64,000 nt of DNA. Source: Vulcanimicrobiota bacterium (GTDB taxonomy: Bacteria > Vulcanimicrobiota > Xenobia > Xenobiales > JADMJV01). The notes beneath the pieces are model-generated. The model did not search any database. It was given only the letters and a program-made list of their open reading frames with translations, and was not told the origin of the DNA. Each line of letters opens with the position of its first letter. Position 1 is the stretch's first letter. The DNA is taken from assembly GCA_050250895.1 (NCBI GenBank), contig JBFWNU010000002.1, forward strand, positions 727,659-791,658, given 5' to 3'. The position numbers and the translations under genes are program-made. Of this stretch, positions 1 to 10,238 are shown piece by piece.

Positions 1-324
1 CGGGTCACGCCGGGGTCTACCCTGAGTCTGGAGCAGGTCGACACCAGCACCCCCCTCTATCCCGCTTTACCCTTGCCACCCTCGCCCTCGCTGCCGGCAG
101 GTTGGCAGCCCGATCAACCCCGCTTAACCATCGACTTTCGTCTGGTCGGCCCGGATCTGGTCCGGGAACAGGGCGGGCAGAGCCTCGTGCTCTTGCGCGA
201 AGTGACCGGCTTTTCTGCCACCGTCAACGGGCGGGTGTTGACCCTTTCTCTATCCTGGTCCCGGCGAGGGCAACTGCAAAGTCTGGCCCGGGTGGTCTAT
301 CTTCCCGTCAGGAGCAGCCCGTGA
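1..324 (+). CDS. Partial (5'-truncated by window) pseudopilin/PilW-like hypothetical protein
   Basis: Frame is open from base 1 to TGA at 322-324. It overlaps the GTG start of the next gene, which has a PilX-like N-terminus. Confidence 0.5.
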   Translation, partial: RVTPGSTLSLEQVDTSTPLYPALPLPPSPSLPAGWQPDQPRLTIDFRLVGPDLVREQGGQSLVLLREVTGFSATVNGRVLTLSLSWSRRGQLQSLARVVYLPVRSSP

Positions 325-794
325 GGCGAGGGTCGCTGTTGGTCGGCGCGCTTCTGTTGGTGGCCTTGCTATTGTTGCTGGTCTTGGCCTCGCTAAGTCG
401 GCGGGAGGCGCGCGGTAAAGCCCTGGCAGAATTGCGGGCGCGGGCCGAGGCACGCCAGTTGGCGGAGGCCGGCATGGCCGATGTGCTGGCCAAGCTCAAT
501 CTCGACATCCACTTTCCACCCCCCGTGCTGGCTGAGGACCAGTTGTTCAGCTACACCGAGGCGGTCCGCGGTTTCGACGGCGGGATCCGTGGCTACTACA
601 CGGTAACCATCGATGGCCGCTATCTCGAGCCCTACCAAATCTTGCGAATCCGCTCGGTGGGGCGATTGGGCCCCGAGCGGGCCCGTTCGGTGGCCGAGGC
701 TCAGCTTTCTGGCGACTTTGATCTGGCTCCCGAGATTCGGGGCACGACCAACCCGAACCCGTTCTTCTATCAGTTCCGCACCTGGACGCCTTAG
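321..794 (+). CDS. PilX/GspK-like minor pseudopilin (N-terminal RRGS + hydrophobic helix)
   Basis: GTG at 321 in a GTGA overlap. VRRGSLLVGALLLVALLLLLV...ARQLAEAGMAD matches the PilX N-terminal 'A..lAEaG' pattern. Confidence 0.6.
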   Translation: MRRGSLLVGALLLVALLLLLVLASLSRREARGKALAELRARAEARQLAEAGMADVLAKLNLDIHFPPPVLAEDQLFSYTEAVRGFDGGIRGYYTVTIDGRYLEPYQILRIRSVGRLGPERARSVAEAQLSGDFDLAPEIRGTTNPNPFFYQFRTWTP

Positions 795-797
795 AAC

Positions 798-953
798 TCA
801 GCAGGGTGAGCCAGGCTCGAGCAGAAGATTCTCCTCGTGCAGGGTGATGGTATCGACAGCCTCGACGGCCTTCAGTTGCCCCTGTTCGAGGTCGAAGACC
901 TCGACCGCAAGCGGTCCTGGCCCCATCTGATTGGTGAATGGGTCCAGGGTCAT
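798..953 (-). CDS. Possible 51-aa small hypothetical protein (MTLDPFTNQMGPGPLAVEVFDLEQG...)
   Basis: ATG at 953 and TGA at 798-800 with protein-like composition, filling the gap before the nuo promoter. It is below the ORF-track length cutoff. Confidence 0.3.
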   Translation of the reverse strand: MTLDPFTNQMGPGPLAVEVFDLEQGQLKAVEAVDTITLHEENLLLEPGSPC

Positions 954-1017
954 CTGCCGTTTCTTGCTCCCGCCCCCGACGACGGCCCGGCCAGCTGACT
1001 TAGCAGGCGCTCTGGGA

Positions 1018-1053
1018 TTTACGTAGAAGGGGAGATTGTGATAAAATTCACAA
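1018..1053 (+). promoter_or_regulatory. nuo promoter with overlapping Rex-type (or CRP/FNR-type) operator TTGTGATAAAATTCACAA
   Basis: TTTACG (1018-1023), 18 bp spacer, TAAAAT (1042-1047) with an extended-10 TG. The 18-bp palindrome at 1036-1053 is one mismatch from the Rex consensus TTGTGAAnnnnTTCACAA and also fits TGTGA-N6-TCACA. Confidence 0.7.
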
Positions 1054-1091
1054 GCGTCTCAACTCCTTATAGAAACTGAGTTTTGTAACAT

Positions 1092-1478
1092 TTGGACGGA
1101 TTAGTCGGATACACTCACATCGGGGTGATGCTGCTGGTGGCAGCTACCATTGCCGGGACCATCCTGGGAATTTCCTTTGTGGTGGGCCCGCGCAATCCAA
1201 ATCCACGCAAGTCTCAGCCTTATGAGTGCGGCATCGAAGAGATCGTCCCGATGCCCAAGCGCGTGTCGGTGAAGTTCCTTCAGGTGGCCATGTTGTTCTT
1301 GATCTTCGATGTGGAAGCGGTGGCCTTCTATCCGCTGGCCACCATCCTGAAGACTCAGGCTCAGAACGACCAGATAGCGGCCGCTTTCTTGTTGGCCGAA
1401 ATGCTGGTGTTCGTCGTTCTGTTGGTGGTTGGTTACCTTTACGTTTGGAAGAAAGGGGCTTTCAAGTGGACAAGTTAA
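1092..1478 (+). CDS. nuoA: NADH-quinone oxidoreductase subunit A
   Basis: PYECG and [13 protein letters not shown] motifs, 3 TM helices, C-terminal [11 protein letters not shown] start. Confidence 0.95.
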   Translation: MDGLVGYTHIGVMLLVAATIAGTILGISFVVGPRNPNPRKSQPYECGIEEIVPMPKRVSVKFLQVAMLFLIFDVEAVAFYPLATILKTQAQNDQIAAAFLLAEMLVFVVLLVVGYLYVWKKGAFKWTS

Positions 1479-2083
1479 AGCCCGAGCAGAAAATCATCTA
1501 CGCCTCCGACTCTCTCTTTGCCGCTCAGGGCCAGAGTTCGGGTTTTGGCGTGATTACCACCAAATTGGCCGAGCTGTTAAGATGGCCCGCCCGGCAGGCT
1601 CGTAAGAACTCGGTCTGGCCGGCTTTGTTTGGTCTGGCCTGCTGTGCTATCGAGATGATGGCCACCAGCGGCTCGCGCTTTGACCTGGCTCGTTTTGGGG
1701 CCGAGGTCTTCCGCGCCTCACCGCGCCAGAGCGACCTGATGATCGTGGCTGGCCGGGTCTCGATCAAGATGGCTCCGGTGCTGCGTCAGATCTACGATCA
1801 GATGCCTGACCCCAAGTGGGTCATCTCGATGGGCGCTTGCGCCTCGTGTGGCGGCGTGTTCAACAACTACGCCATCGTGCAGGGCGTGGACAAGATCGTG
1901 CCGGTCGACGTTTACGTGGCCGGCTGCCCGCCCACTCCCGAAGCGCTCTTGACCGGATTCACCATGCTCCAAGAGAAGATCGAGGCCGGCATTCCACCCG
2001 GTATCAGCCCGGTCGTGGCCGCCGCCGAGAACCCCAAGCTGGTGCGCCTGGAAATGGCCCGGAGGGCTCCCTACGTTGAGTAA
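1466..2083 (+). CDS. nuoB: NADH-quinone oxidoreductase subunit B
   Basis: [24 protein letters not shown] and GCPP motifs. GTG start at 1466 inferred. Confidence 0.95.
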   Translation: MDKLKPEQKIIYASDSLFAAQGQSSGFGVITTKLAELLRWPARQARKNSVWPALFGLACCAIEMMATSGSRFDLARFGAEVFRASPRQSDLMIVAGRVSIKMAPVLRQIYDQMPDPKWVISMGACASCGGVFNNYAIVQGVDKIVPVDVYVAGCPPTPEALLTGFTMLQEKIEAGIPPGISPVVAAAENPKLVRLEMARRAPYVE

Positions 2084-2555
2084 CCTCGACTTTGCCAGGG
2101 TCACTGTCGGAAAACTAAAAGAGAGACTGCACGAGCAGTTTCTCGGTCTTCGTGAGGACCGGGGCGAGCTGACCGTGTGGGTCGATCGCTCTCGCTGGGT
2201 CGAAGCCGCCACCTTTTTGCGCGACGAAGGCTTCAACCATCTCAGCGACCTGACCGCCATCGATTATCTCGACCGCGAGCCACGCTTTGACCTGTCGGCC
2301 ATCTTGATGTGTCCCGCTTTTGCCGAGGATATCCGTGTCAAGACGCTGGTTGACGAGGAGCCGTGTGTGGCCCCCAGCCTGGTCGAGGTATGGAGCGGAG
2401 CCAACTGGTTCGAACGAGAGATCTACGACCTCTTTGGCATCCGCTTCGAAGGGCACCCCGACCTCAAACGCATTCTGCTGCCGGGCGACTACCATGGCCA
2501 CCCCCTGCGAAAGGATTATCCGGTGACCGGTCCGGCCACCTCGGTATATCGCTAA
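2076..2555 (+). CDS. nuoC: NADH-quinone oxidoreductase subunit C
   Basis: [28 protein letters not shown]...GHPLRKDYP motif. Confidence 0.95.
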   Translation: MSNLDFARVTVGKLKERLHEQFLGLREDRGELTVWVDRSRWVEAATFLRDEGFNHLSDLTAIDYLDREPRFDLSAILMCPAFAEDIRVKTLVDEEPCVAPSLVEVWSGANWFEREIYDLFGIRFEGHPDLKRILLPGDYHGHPLRKDYPVTGPATSVYR

Positions 2556-3775
2556 TGAGTGAGGCAAGCACTGTCACGATGCCGCATCCCCCCGAAGACT
2601 CGGGGCTGACCGTCATCAACATGGGTCCCCAGCATCCGTCCACCCACGGAGTGCTGCGCCTGGTCTTGACCCTCGATGGCGAGCGAGTGGTGCGTTCCGA
2701 GCCCGACATCGGCTATCTCCACACCGGCATCGAAAAGCAGGCTGAAGTGAAGACCTACAACCAGGCCCTCACCTTGACCGACCGGATGGACTATCTGGCT
2801 CCGTTGTCCAACAATCTGGGGTTTTCGCTGGCGGTCGAGCGATTGCTGGGAGTCGAAGTGCCCGAGCGGGTGTCTCACATCCGGGTGCTGCTGGCCGAAC
2901 TCCAACGAATCGCATCGCACATGGTCTGGCTCGGCACCTCGGGCCTGGATGCAGGAGCCATGAGCATGTTCTTATACTGCTTCCAAGAGCGAGAGTACAT
3001 CCTCGATCTCTTTGAAGCCGTCTCGGGCGTGCGCATGATGACATCGTATATCATGCCGGGCGGCCTGATGGCCGATCTGGTGCCCGATTTTCTGCCCAAA
3101 GTGGCCAAAGTGCTCGACCATCTCGATTCCAAGATGTCGATGTACTATAACCTGCTCGAGAACAATCCCATCTGGATTGACCGCACCAAGGGCATCGGGG
3201 TGCTCTCGCCCGAAATGGCGGTCGATTATTGCATCACCGGCCCGGTGGCCCGAGCCAGCGGCATCGATATCGACATTCGCAAAAAGATGCCTTACTCGGC
3301 TTACGCCGATTACGATTTCTCGGTGCCGATTCGCAAAGAAGGCGATGCCTATGCTCGCTACATGGTGCGGATGGAAGAGATGGACCAGTCGCTGGCCATC
3401 TGTCGACAGGCGCTCAAAAAGATCGACCCGCCCGGTCCAGGGGTGCCCTACCGCACCGACCAGCGCAAAGTCGTGCCGCCGCCAAAGTACGAGATTACCT
3501 ATTCGATGGAATCGCTGATCCATCACTTCAAGCTTTTCACCGAGGGCTATTCCCCACCGGCCGGAGAGGTCTATCAGCGGGTCGAGGGGCCGCGCGGCGA
3601 GGTGGGCTTTCACATGGTCAGCGACGGGACCAACAAGCCCTATAGGATGCGGGTTCGCACCCCGTCGTTCACTAACGTTCAGCTGGTCCCCGAGCTGATC
3701 AAGGACGTGCTGCTGGCTGACGTGGTGGTAGTGCTGGCCAGTATCGATTTCGTGCTGGGAGATTGCGACCGCTAG
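2555..3775 (+). CDS. nuoD: NADH-quinone oxidoreductase subunit D
   Basis: NMGPQHPSTHGVLRL, GYLHTGIEK, EGPRGE and terminal GDCDR. ATG at 2555 in a TAATG overlap. Confidence 0.95.
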   Translation: MSEASTVTMPHPPEDSGLTVINMGPQHPSTHGVLRLVLTLDGERVVRSEPDIGYLHTGIEKQAEVKTYNQALTLTDRMDYLAPLSNNLGFSLAVERLLGVEVPERVSHIRVLLAELQRIASHMVWLGTSGLDAGAMSMFLYCFQEREYILDLFEAVSGVRMMTSYIMPGGLMADLVPDFLPKVAKVLDHLDSKMSMYYNLLENNPIWIDRTKGIGVLSPEMAVDYCITGPVARASGIDIDIRKKMPYSAYADYDFSVPIRKEGDAYARYMVRMEEMDQSLAICRQALKKIDPPGPGVPYRTDQRKVVPPPKYEITYSMESLIHHFKLFTEGYSPPAGEVYQRVEGPRGEVGFHMVSDGTNKPYRMRVRTPSFTNVQLVPELIKDVLLADVVVVLASIDFVLGDCDR

Positions 3776-3792
3776 TCGCCAAGTGAGGTATC

Positions 3793-4332
3793 GTGAGTTC
3801 CGATTTGCATGTTCTATCGCCCGCTACCCGGGCTCGCATCGAAGAATTGATGGCGCGCTATCCCAAGCCCCGCTCGGCCATCCTGCCGGCGCTACACGCC
3901 GTGCAAGAAGAGCTGGGCTGGTGCCCTGAAGAGGCTCAGGCCGAGGTGGCCGAGATGTTCGGTATGCCGGCCGCCGAGGTGCGCTCGCTGGTGACCTTCT
4001 ACTATATGTATCACCGCCAGCCTGTAGGTCGGCACGTCATCAAGATCTGTCGCTCCATCTCGTGCTGGCTGCGAGGCTCAGAGCGGCTGCAGAAGCAGCT
4101 CGAAGACGAGCTCGGCATCGGTCTGGGCGAGACCACCGCTGACGGCGCCTTCAGTCTGGTCGGGGGCGAATGCCTGGCCGGCTGCTGCGGGGCGCCCGTC
4201 CTGCAGATTAACGACCGCTTTTTCGAGAACGCCGAGGAAGATCGGGTCAAGGCGTTGCTCAAAGAATTGCGCGCCGGTTCTGACCGGTATCCCAAAGCTC
4301 CCCAATCGTGGTCCGCGAAAGGGGAGAAGTGA
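3793..4332 (+). CDS. nuoE: NADH-quinone oxidoreductase subunit E
   Basis: CRSISC...ECLAGC 2Fe-2S ligands and TFYYMY. Confidence 0.93.
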   Translation: MSSDLHVLSPATRARIEELMARYPKPRSAILPALHAVQEELGWCPEEAQAEVAEMFGMPAAEVRSLVTFYYMYHRQPVGRHVIKICRSISCWLRGSERLQKQLEDELGIGLGETTADGAFSLVGGECLAGCCGAPVLQINDRFFENAEEDRVKALLKELRAGSDRYPKAPQSWSAKGEK

Positions 4333-5615
4333 TGGGCGAGAAGCGTGTCTTATTCGAGTTTCGTGATGTGCCCGACATGCACACCCTGAAGGCTTACCAA
4401 AAGAAGGGCGGCTACAAAGGTCTCAAAGCGGCTCTCAAGATGAGCCCCGAGGACCTGATCGAATACATCAAAGCCTCGGGACTGCGGGGCCGGGGAGGGG
4501 CTGGCTTTCCCACCGGCCTCAAATGGAGCTTCGTGCCCAAGAATCCGGGCAAGCCGAAGTATCTTTGCGTCAACGCTGACGAGTCCGAACCGGGAACCTG
4601 CAAAGACCGTGAGCTGATCACCTATCTGCCCCACCAACTGGTGGAGGGCATCGTCATCTGCTGCTATGCGGTGGGGATCGAGCGCGCTTTCATCTACATC
4701 CGCGGCGAGATGTTCGAGGCGGCCCAGATTCTGGAAGAAGCCGTCAAAGAAGCCTATGACGCTGGATTCTTGGGCGAGAATATCCTCAAAAGCAAGTTCA
4801 ATCTCGACTTGCTGGTGCATCGCGGTGCCGGCGCCTACATTTGCGGGGAAGAATCGGCGCTGCTGTCGTCACTTGAAGGCGAGCGGGGTTTTCCGCGCTT
4901 GAAACCGCCCTTCCCGGCCGTCGAGGGCCTTTACGCCTGTCCCACCGTCATCAATAACGTCGAGACGCTTTCGACCCTGCCGGCGATCATGCGGATGGGC
5001 GCCGAGACTTATGCCACCCTGGGCACCGAAAAAAGCAAGGGAACCCGCCTATTCTCGCTATCCGGGCACGTAAAGAAGCCGGGCAACTACGAGTTGGAAC
5101 TGGGCACCACCATGCGCGAGCTCATCTATGATTTCGGCGGAGGAGTGCTGGGCGGCGAACTCAAGGCCATCATCCCGGGCGGGGCTTCGGCTCCATTGTT
5201 GACCCAAGAGCACCTCGATGTCAGTCTTGATTTCGAGGCCATCGCCGCGGCCGGCTCGATGGCCGGGTCCGGTGCTGTGGTCGTCATCAACGACCAGACT
5301 TGCATCGTCAAAGTCTGTCTCAATCTCGACGAGTTCTTCATGGAAGAATCTTGCGGAAAGTGCACCCCCTGCCGCGAGGGCACTAAGTGGCTGGTCGACA
5401 TCCTTCATCGGATGACCCACGGCCACGGCCGCAAGGCAGACATCGCCCTGCTCGAGTCGGTGTGCGACAACCTTTGTGGCAAGTCGTTCTGCCCGCTGGG
5501 CGACTCGGCCACCTCGTGCATCACGAGTGCTTTCAAGTATTTTCGCGACGAGTTCGAGCACTATGTCGAGCACGGCTGTTCGAAACTCGATTCTAAATCC
5601 AAGGTGGCTCACTGA
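4332..5615 (+). CDS. nuoF: NADH-quinone oxidoreductase subunit F
   Basis: GRGGAGFPTG, NADESEPG, GAGAYICGEE and ESCGKCTPCREG motifs. Confidence 0.96.
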   Translation: MGEKRVLFEFRDVPDMHTLKAYQKKGGYKGLKAALKMSPEDLIEYIKASGLRGRGGAGFPTGLKWSFVPKNPGKPKYLCVNADESEPGTCKDRELITYLPHQLVEGIVICCYAVGIERAFIYIRGEMFEAAQILEEAVKEAYDAGFLGENILKSKFNLDLLVHRGAGAYICGEESALLSSLEGERGFPRLKPPFPAVEGLYACPTVINNVETLSTLPAIMRMGAETYATLGTEKSKGTRLFSLSGHVKKPGNYELELGTTMRELIYDFGGGVLGGELKAIIPGGASAPLLTQEHLDVSLDFEAIAAAGSMAGSGAVVVINDQTCIVKVCLNLDEFFMEESCGKCTPCREGTKWLVDILHRMTHGHGRKADIALLESVCDNLCGKSFCPLGDSATSCITSAFKYFRDEFEHYVEHGCSKLDSKSKVAH

Positions 5616-8065
5616 TGTCGGATCTCGTCAACATCGTGATGGACGGCCAGGCCATGGCCGTGCCCAAAGGAACTCTGCTGGTGGAAGCCGCCCGCGAGAT
5701 CGGCATCGAGATTCCTGTTTATTGTTATCACCCCAAGCTCAAGCCGGTGGGCGCCTGTCGTGTCTGTGCCGTCTACGTTGAAAATCAGCGGCGGCCGATC
5801 ATGACCGCCTGTACCACCACGGTCATGGAAGGCATGGTGGTGCATACCCGCAATTCCGAGGCCATCCAGGCTCGCGAGGGCGTGCTCGAGTTCTTGCTGA
5901 TCAACCACCCTCTCGATTGCCCGGTGTGCGATCGCGGGGGCGAGTGCGACCTGCAGGATTTCACCATGCGCTACGGCCCCCCGACTACCCGTTTTGTCGA
6001 GGCCAAGCGGCATTTCGAAAAGTCGAAGGTCATTGGCCGAAACGTGGTGCTCGACCGTGAGCGCTGCATCATGTGCCAGCGCTGTGTGCGCTTTTGCAGC
6101 GAGGTGGCCGAGGACGAGAACGGTCTGGTCATCATCGAGCGGGGGGCCCGCTCTGAAATCGGGACCTTCGAGGGTCGCTCCTTCGACAGCCAGTTCTCGG
6201 GCAACACCATCGAGATCTGTCCGGTGGGCGCCCTCACCTCGCGCACTTATCGATTCAAAGCCCGACCCTGGGAGCTACAGCACTTCGAAGGCGTGTGCAC
6301 CCACTGTTCGCTGGGCTGCAACCTGACGGTCGATGTCCGTTTTGACGAGGTGGCCCGTTTTCGCTCACGCTGCAACGACGCCATCGACGACGGCTGGCTG
6401 TGCGATCGCGGTCGCTATGGTTTTGGCGGAGTCACGGCCGAGAACAGGCTGCTGACCCCGCTGGTGCGCCGCGACGGCGAACTTAAGCAAGCCACCTGGG
6501 ACGAGGCCCTCGAAGTGGCCGCGGCCGGCCTCGAGAAGGCCAACAAGGTCGGAGCCGTGGCCGGACCAGCCCTCTCCAACGAGGGCGCTTTCACGCTGGC
6601 CGGCCTGATTCGCGGCGGTTTCTCGAGCGGGCATCTCGACCATCGTCGCGGACCCGCCTACGATGGGCGACCAGTCCCGACCGGACGCATCCAGGCTCTG
6701 GACAAAGCCAGCGCCATCGTGCTGCTGGGTTGCGACCCGACCGCCACCCACCCGGTGCTCGACTTGCGCATCAAGAAGGGCGTAAACGCCGGAGCTTCGC
6801 TGGTGGTCATTCACCCCGGGCAGGCCGGCCTGGAGCGATTCGCCCGCGTGATCTTGCGCGGCGAGGTGGCCGAAATCGGCGACCAGCTGGCCCAAGGCCG
6901 TCAGGGTCACACTCCCGCCGAGCCGGAAGCTTTGCGGCGTCCGTGCCCCCGCCCCTGGGAACCGGGCGGCCGGCACTCCGACTCGCTCGACGAGGCGCTC
7001 GAAACCCTGGCCGTCTCGAATCGCGTGGTGGTGGTCGTGCACGAAGACAGCCCTGTCGAGGTCTTTCAGGCAGCCGAACGACTGGTGGCAAGCTGCGGGT
7101 GCGAGGGCGAATTCGGCCTGCTGGTACTGGGCTGCGGGGCCAACTCGCAAGGGCTCAAGGAGATGGGCGTATTGCCGCACCTGGGACCGGGTCTGGTCGA
7201 GCTCAAAGAGGCCGTCTTCGAACCCTGGGGAGACTATTCCAAAGCCGAGGGCAAGAGCTATCAAGAGCTGGTCGAGGCTAAGCTCGATGCCCTGATCGTG
7301 GTCGAAGACGACTGTCTGGCCGGGACCAAGAAGAAGAGTGACTTCCTGGTGGTCCTAAGCGTTCACGCCAACGCCACCACCGAGCAGGCCGACGTGGTGC
7401 TGCCTGTGTGCCACTGGCTCGAGCAGACTCAGACTTTCACCAATAGTGACCGAATGGTGCAGCTGTCTCGCCAGGCTGTGGCTCCGGCCGGCGAGTCGCG
7501 GCCGGCCTGGCAAGCCCTGGCTAGTCTGGGCCGGGTCATGGGCAAAGGGCCCGAACTGGCCAGCGCCCGGGCTGTCTACGCTCTCATCGGCCGGCACAAT
7601 CCGCTCTATCAGGGGGCCAGCTATCGCGACTTCACCGGTCCCGCGGGTCATCACTGGTCCTATCCTCAGCAGGGTAAACTGGGGACTCCCAGACCCGACC
7701 TTTCGGCCATTCCGGTGAGTTCGCCCGACGCTCCGCCGTGGATAGCCACCGAAGCCACCGGTAGCCGCGTGGAGCGGGTGGCCCGGATACTCTCTGGCGA
7801 CCAACCGCCGGCCGTGCCCGGGCAACACGACCCGCGCCAGGTGGCTCGTCTGTTCGGCCTCGAGGCCCCTCAGAGCGAACTCGAGCCGGCCGAGGCGGCC
7901 TATGTGCCGTTGCGCGTCATTCAGGGCCAGTCGGTTCAGCCGCCCGGCCCGAGCCCGGCCATTCGCTACCATCGCTTTGGCGTCGGACCCAAGACCACCG
8001 ACCGCATGCCGGCCCCGGCCGTCGAACTCGAGGCCGAAGCCGCCGCCGAAGAGGTGGGCTCATGA
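5615..8065 (+). CDS. nuoG: NADH-quinone oxidoreductase subunit G
   Basis: IPVYCYHP..GACRVC, HPLDCPVCDRGGECDLQD, RCIMCQRCVRFC, ICPVGAL and CTHCSLGC (N7-type) motifs. Confidence 0.95.
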   Translation: MSDLVNIVMDGQAMAVPKGTLLVEAAREIGIEIPVYCYHPKLKPVGACRVCAVYVENQRRPIMTACTTTVMEGMVVHTRNSEAIQAREGVLEFLLINHPLDCPVCDRGGECDLQDFTMRYGPPTTRFVEAKRHFEKSKVIGRNVVLDRERCIMCQRCVRFCSEVAEDENGLVIIERGARSEIGTFEGRSFDSQFSGNTIEICPVGALTSRTYRFKARPWELQHFEGVCTHCSLGCNLTVDVRFDEVARFRSRCNDAIDDGWLCDRGRYGFGGVTAENRLLTPLVRRDGELKQATWDEALEVAAAGLEKANKVGAVAGPALSNEGAFTLAGLIRGGFSSGHLDHRRGPAYDGRPVPTGRIQALDKASAIVLLGCDPTATHPVLDLRIKKGVNAGASLVVIHPGQAGLERFARVILRGEVAEIGDQLAQGRQGHTPAEPEALRRPCPRPWEPGGRHSDSLDEALETLAVSNRVVVVVHEDSPVEVFQAAERLVASCGCEGEFGLLVLGCGANSQGLKEMGVLPHLGPGLVELKEAVFEPWGDYSKAEGKSYQELVEAKLDALIVVEDDCLAGTKKKSDFLVVLSVHANATTEQADVVLPVCHWLEQTQTFTNSDRMVQLSRQAVAPAGESRPAWQALASLGRVMGKGPELASARAVYALIGRHNPLYQGASYRDFTGPAGHHWSYPQQGKLGTPRPDLSAIPVSSPDAPPWIATEATGSRVERVARILSGDQPPAVPGQHDPRQVARLFGLEAPQSELEPAEAAYVPLRVIQGQSVQPPGPSPAIRYHRFGVGPKTTDRMPAPAVELEAEAAAEEVGS

Positions 8066-9156
8066 CCCTGGCCGCTTTTATCGATGTGGCACTGCGCTCG
8101 CTGGTGACCTGTGTGGCGCTGCTCTCTGGCTTTGGCCTGATGACCCTGGTCGAGCGGCGCCTGATCGCTCGCTTTCAGTGGCGCCAGGGCCCCAACCGGG
8201 TAGGACCGGGCGGCATCTTGCAGCCGGCCGCCGACGGCCTCAAGTTGCTCTTCAAAGAGCAGCTGATGCCGGCTGACGCCAAGCCGTTCCTCTTTCTGAT
8301 CGCGCCCTGCATCTCGCTGACGGTGGCCCTGACCTCGTTTGCCGTGATCCCGCTGCAGACCGAGCCGTGGAAGGTGGCCGGTTACGAGATCGCGCCTTAC
8401 ATTGCCGATCTCAATGTGGGGGTGCTCTTCCTGTTAGGCATCACTTCGCTGGGCGTCTATGGCATCGTCCTGGGAGGCTGGGCCTCGGGCAACAAGTATT
8501 CTCTCATCGGAGGCATTCGTTCCAGCGCCCAGATGGTCAGTTACGAGCTGGCCATGGGGACTGCCCTGCTCTCGCCTCTGATGATGGTCGGCAGCCTCTC
8601 GCTGGTCGACATCGCCAACTATCAGAGCCAGAATTCCTGGCTGGTCGTGCCGCAGTTTTTGGCCTTCGTGCTCTTTTGCATTTCGGCCATTGCCGAGACC
8701 AACCGCGCGCCCTTCGACTTGCCCGAAGCCGAGCAAGAACTCGGGGCGGGCTTTCACACCGAGTACAGCGGCATGCGCTTTGCGCTGTTTTTCATGGCCG
8801 AATACACGGCCATGTTCACGGTCAGCGCGGTGGCTACGACGGTCTTTCTGGGCGGGCCTCACATGCCGTTCCTACCTTCCAGTGTGCTCTGGTTCGTGGC
8901 CAAGATCGCCTTTTTCATGTTCGTCTACATCTGGTTGCGCGCGACTTTGCCTCGCTTTCGCTACGACCAGCTGATGCGCATCGGGTGGCAGGCCCTACTG
9001 CCGATGGGCGTGATGAACCTGGTGGTGACGGCCGTGGGGGTCGTGCTGGGTTGGAGCCACACCGGCTTTGGACTGGCCATTTTGGGCATGGTGCTGGGGC
9101 TCTATCTGGTGGGCAAAATGAATCGCGTCAAACGACAGGAGTTGGCTCATGGATAA
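8062..9156 (+). CDS. nuoH: NADH-quinone oxidoreductase subunit H
   Basis: ERR...GPNRVG, DGLKLLFKE, AETNRAPFDLPEAE and PRFRYDQLM motifs. Confidence 0.96.
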   Translation: MTLAAFIDVALRSLVTCVALLSGFGLMTLVERRLIARFQWRQGPNRVGPGGILQPAADGLKLLFKEQLMPADAKPFLFLIAPCISLTVALTSFAVIPLQTEPWKVAGYEIAPYIADLNVGVLFLLGITSLGVYGIVLGGWASGNKYSLIGGIRSSAQMVSYELAMGTALLSPLMMVGSLSLVDIANYQSQNSWLVVPQFLAFVLFCISAIAETNRAPFDLPEAEQELGAGFHTEYSGMRFALFFMAEYTAMFTVSAVATTVFLGGPHMPFLPSSVLWFVAKIAFFMFVYIWLRATLPRFRYDQLMRIGWQALLPMGVMNLVVTAVGVVLGWSHTGFGLAILGMVLGLYLVGKMNRVKRQELAHG

Positions 9157-9736
9157 AGTGGTTGATGATCTGATTGCGCTGGGCAAGGGTCTTTCCATCA
9201 CCTTTCGCAATCTGCTCGAGAAGCCCGTCACCAAGCAGTACCCTGAAGAAAAGCGTCAGGTGCCCAACCGCACTCGAGGGCGCCATGTGCTGCATCGGTA
9301 TGAAGACGGGCTGGAGCGCTGCGTTGGTTGTCTGCTTTGCCAGGGCACTTGTCCGGCCGGAGCCATCTATATCGAGCCCGAAGAGAACTCCAAGGACGAC
9401 CCCGTCTCGAAGGGCGAGCGGCACGCTCGGGTTTTCGACGTCGATCTTTTGCGCTGTATCTATTGCGGCCATTGTGAGCTGGCCTGCCCCACCAACGCCA
9501 TCACTCTCGAGAACAACACGGCCATCGCTGGCTTTAGTCGCGAGTCGCTGCTGATGCACAAAGAAGATCTGCTCGAGCCCGCCGGGAAGGCCACGCTCGG
9601 CACCACCGTCTACTGGGATCCCGAGCCGCCTGAGGAAATCAAGAAGAAGACACCGATCCATACCGGCAAGTTCGATGGCTCGGCCACTTCGGCGGCCGCT
9701 GTCGGTCGGGGAGACCTGGAGTTGTCGGAGTCGTAG
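9149..9736 (+). CDS. nuoI: NADH-quinone oxidoreductase subunit I
   Basis: Two CxxCxxCxxxCP motifs (CVGCLLCQGTCP, CIYCGHCELACP) and QYPEEK. Confidence 0.95.
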   Translation: MDKVVDDLIALGKGLSITFRNLLEKPVTKQYPEEKRQVPNRTRGRHVLHRYEDGLERCVGCLLCQGTCPAGAIYIEPEENSKDDPVSKGERHARVFDVDLLRCIYCGHCELACPTNAITLENNTAIAGFSRESLLMHKEDLLEPAGKATLGTTVYWDPEPPEEIKKKTPIHTGKFDGSATSAAAVGRGDLELSES

Positions 9737-9737
9737 C

Positions 9738-10238
9738 ATGCTGCAAGACGTGGGGATGTGGCTCTTGGGAGCCCTGGTTTTGTTATCTGGAGTAGGGGTC
9801 GTGGCGGCGCCGAGCGCTGTTTATGCCGCTCTTTTTCTCACTTTGAACCTGCTCGGCATCGCGGTCTTGTTCTTGACCTTGTCGTCGCAGTTCATGGCCG
9901 TGGCCCAACTGTTGATCTATGCGGGCGCGGTGATGGTCGTCTTTTTGTTCGCGGTGACCGTACTGGCCCCCGACGACGAGGTGGACTCGGCCGCCGAGAC
10001 CCGTCCGGTGCGTCTGGGTGGCCTGACGGCCGGAGGCCTGTTGGCGCTCGGATTGGCCACCACGCTGGTATTGGGCGGTCCCGTTGGCGGGTCGGTGGCC
10101 CAGGGGCCCGGCACCGCCCAGGAGTTTGCCATGGCTTTGTTCGGACGATTCTTGCTGCCCTTTGAAGGAACGGCCTTCTTGTTGCTGGTGGCCCTCATGG
10201 CGGCGGTCATTCTGGGTGTTCATCGGGGGCGCAAGTGA
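9738..10238 (+). CDS. nuoJ: NADH-quinone oxidoreductase subunit J
   Basis: [15 protein letters not shown] and LLPFE motifs. ATG at 9738. Confidence 0.93.
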   Translation: MLQDVGMWLLGALVLLSGVGVVAAPSAVYAALFLTLNLLGIAVLFLTLSSQFMAVAQLLIYAGAVMVVFLFAVTVLAPDDEVDSAAETRPVRLGGLTAGGLLALGLATTLVLGGPVGGSVAQGPGTAQEFAMALFGRFLLPFEGTAFLLLVALMAAVILGVHRGRK

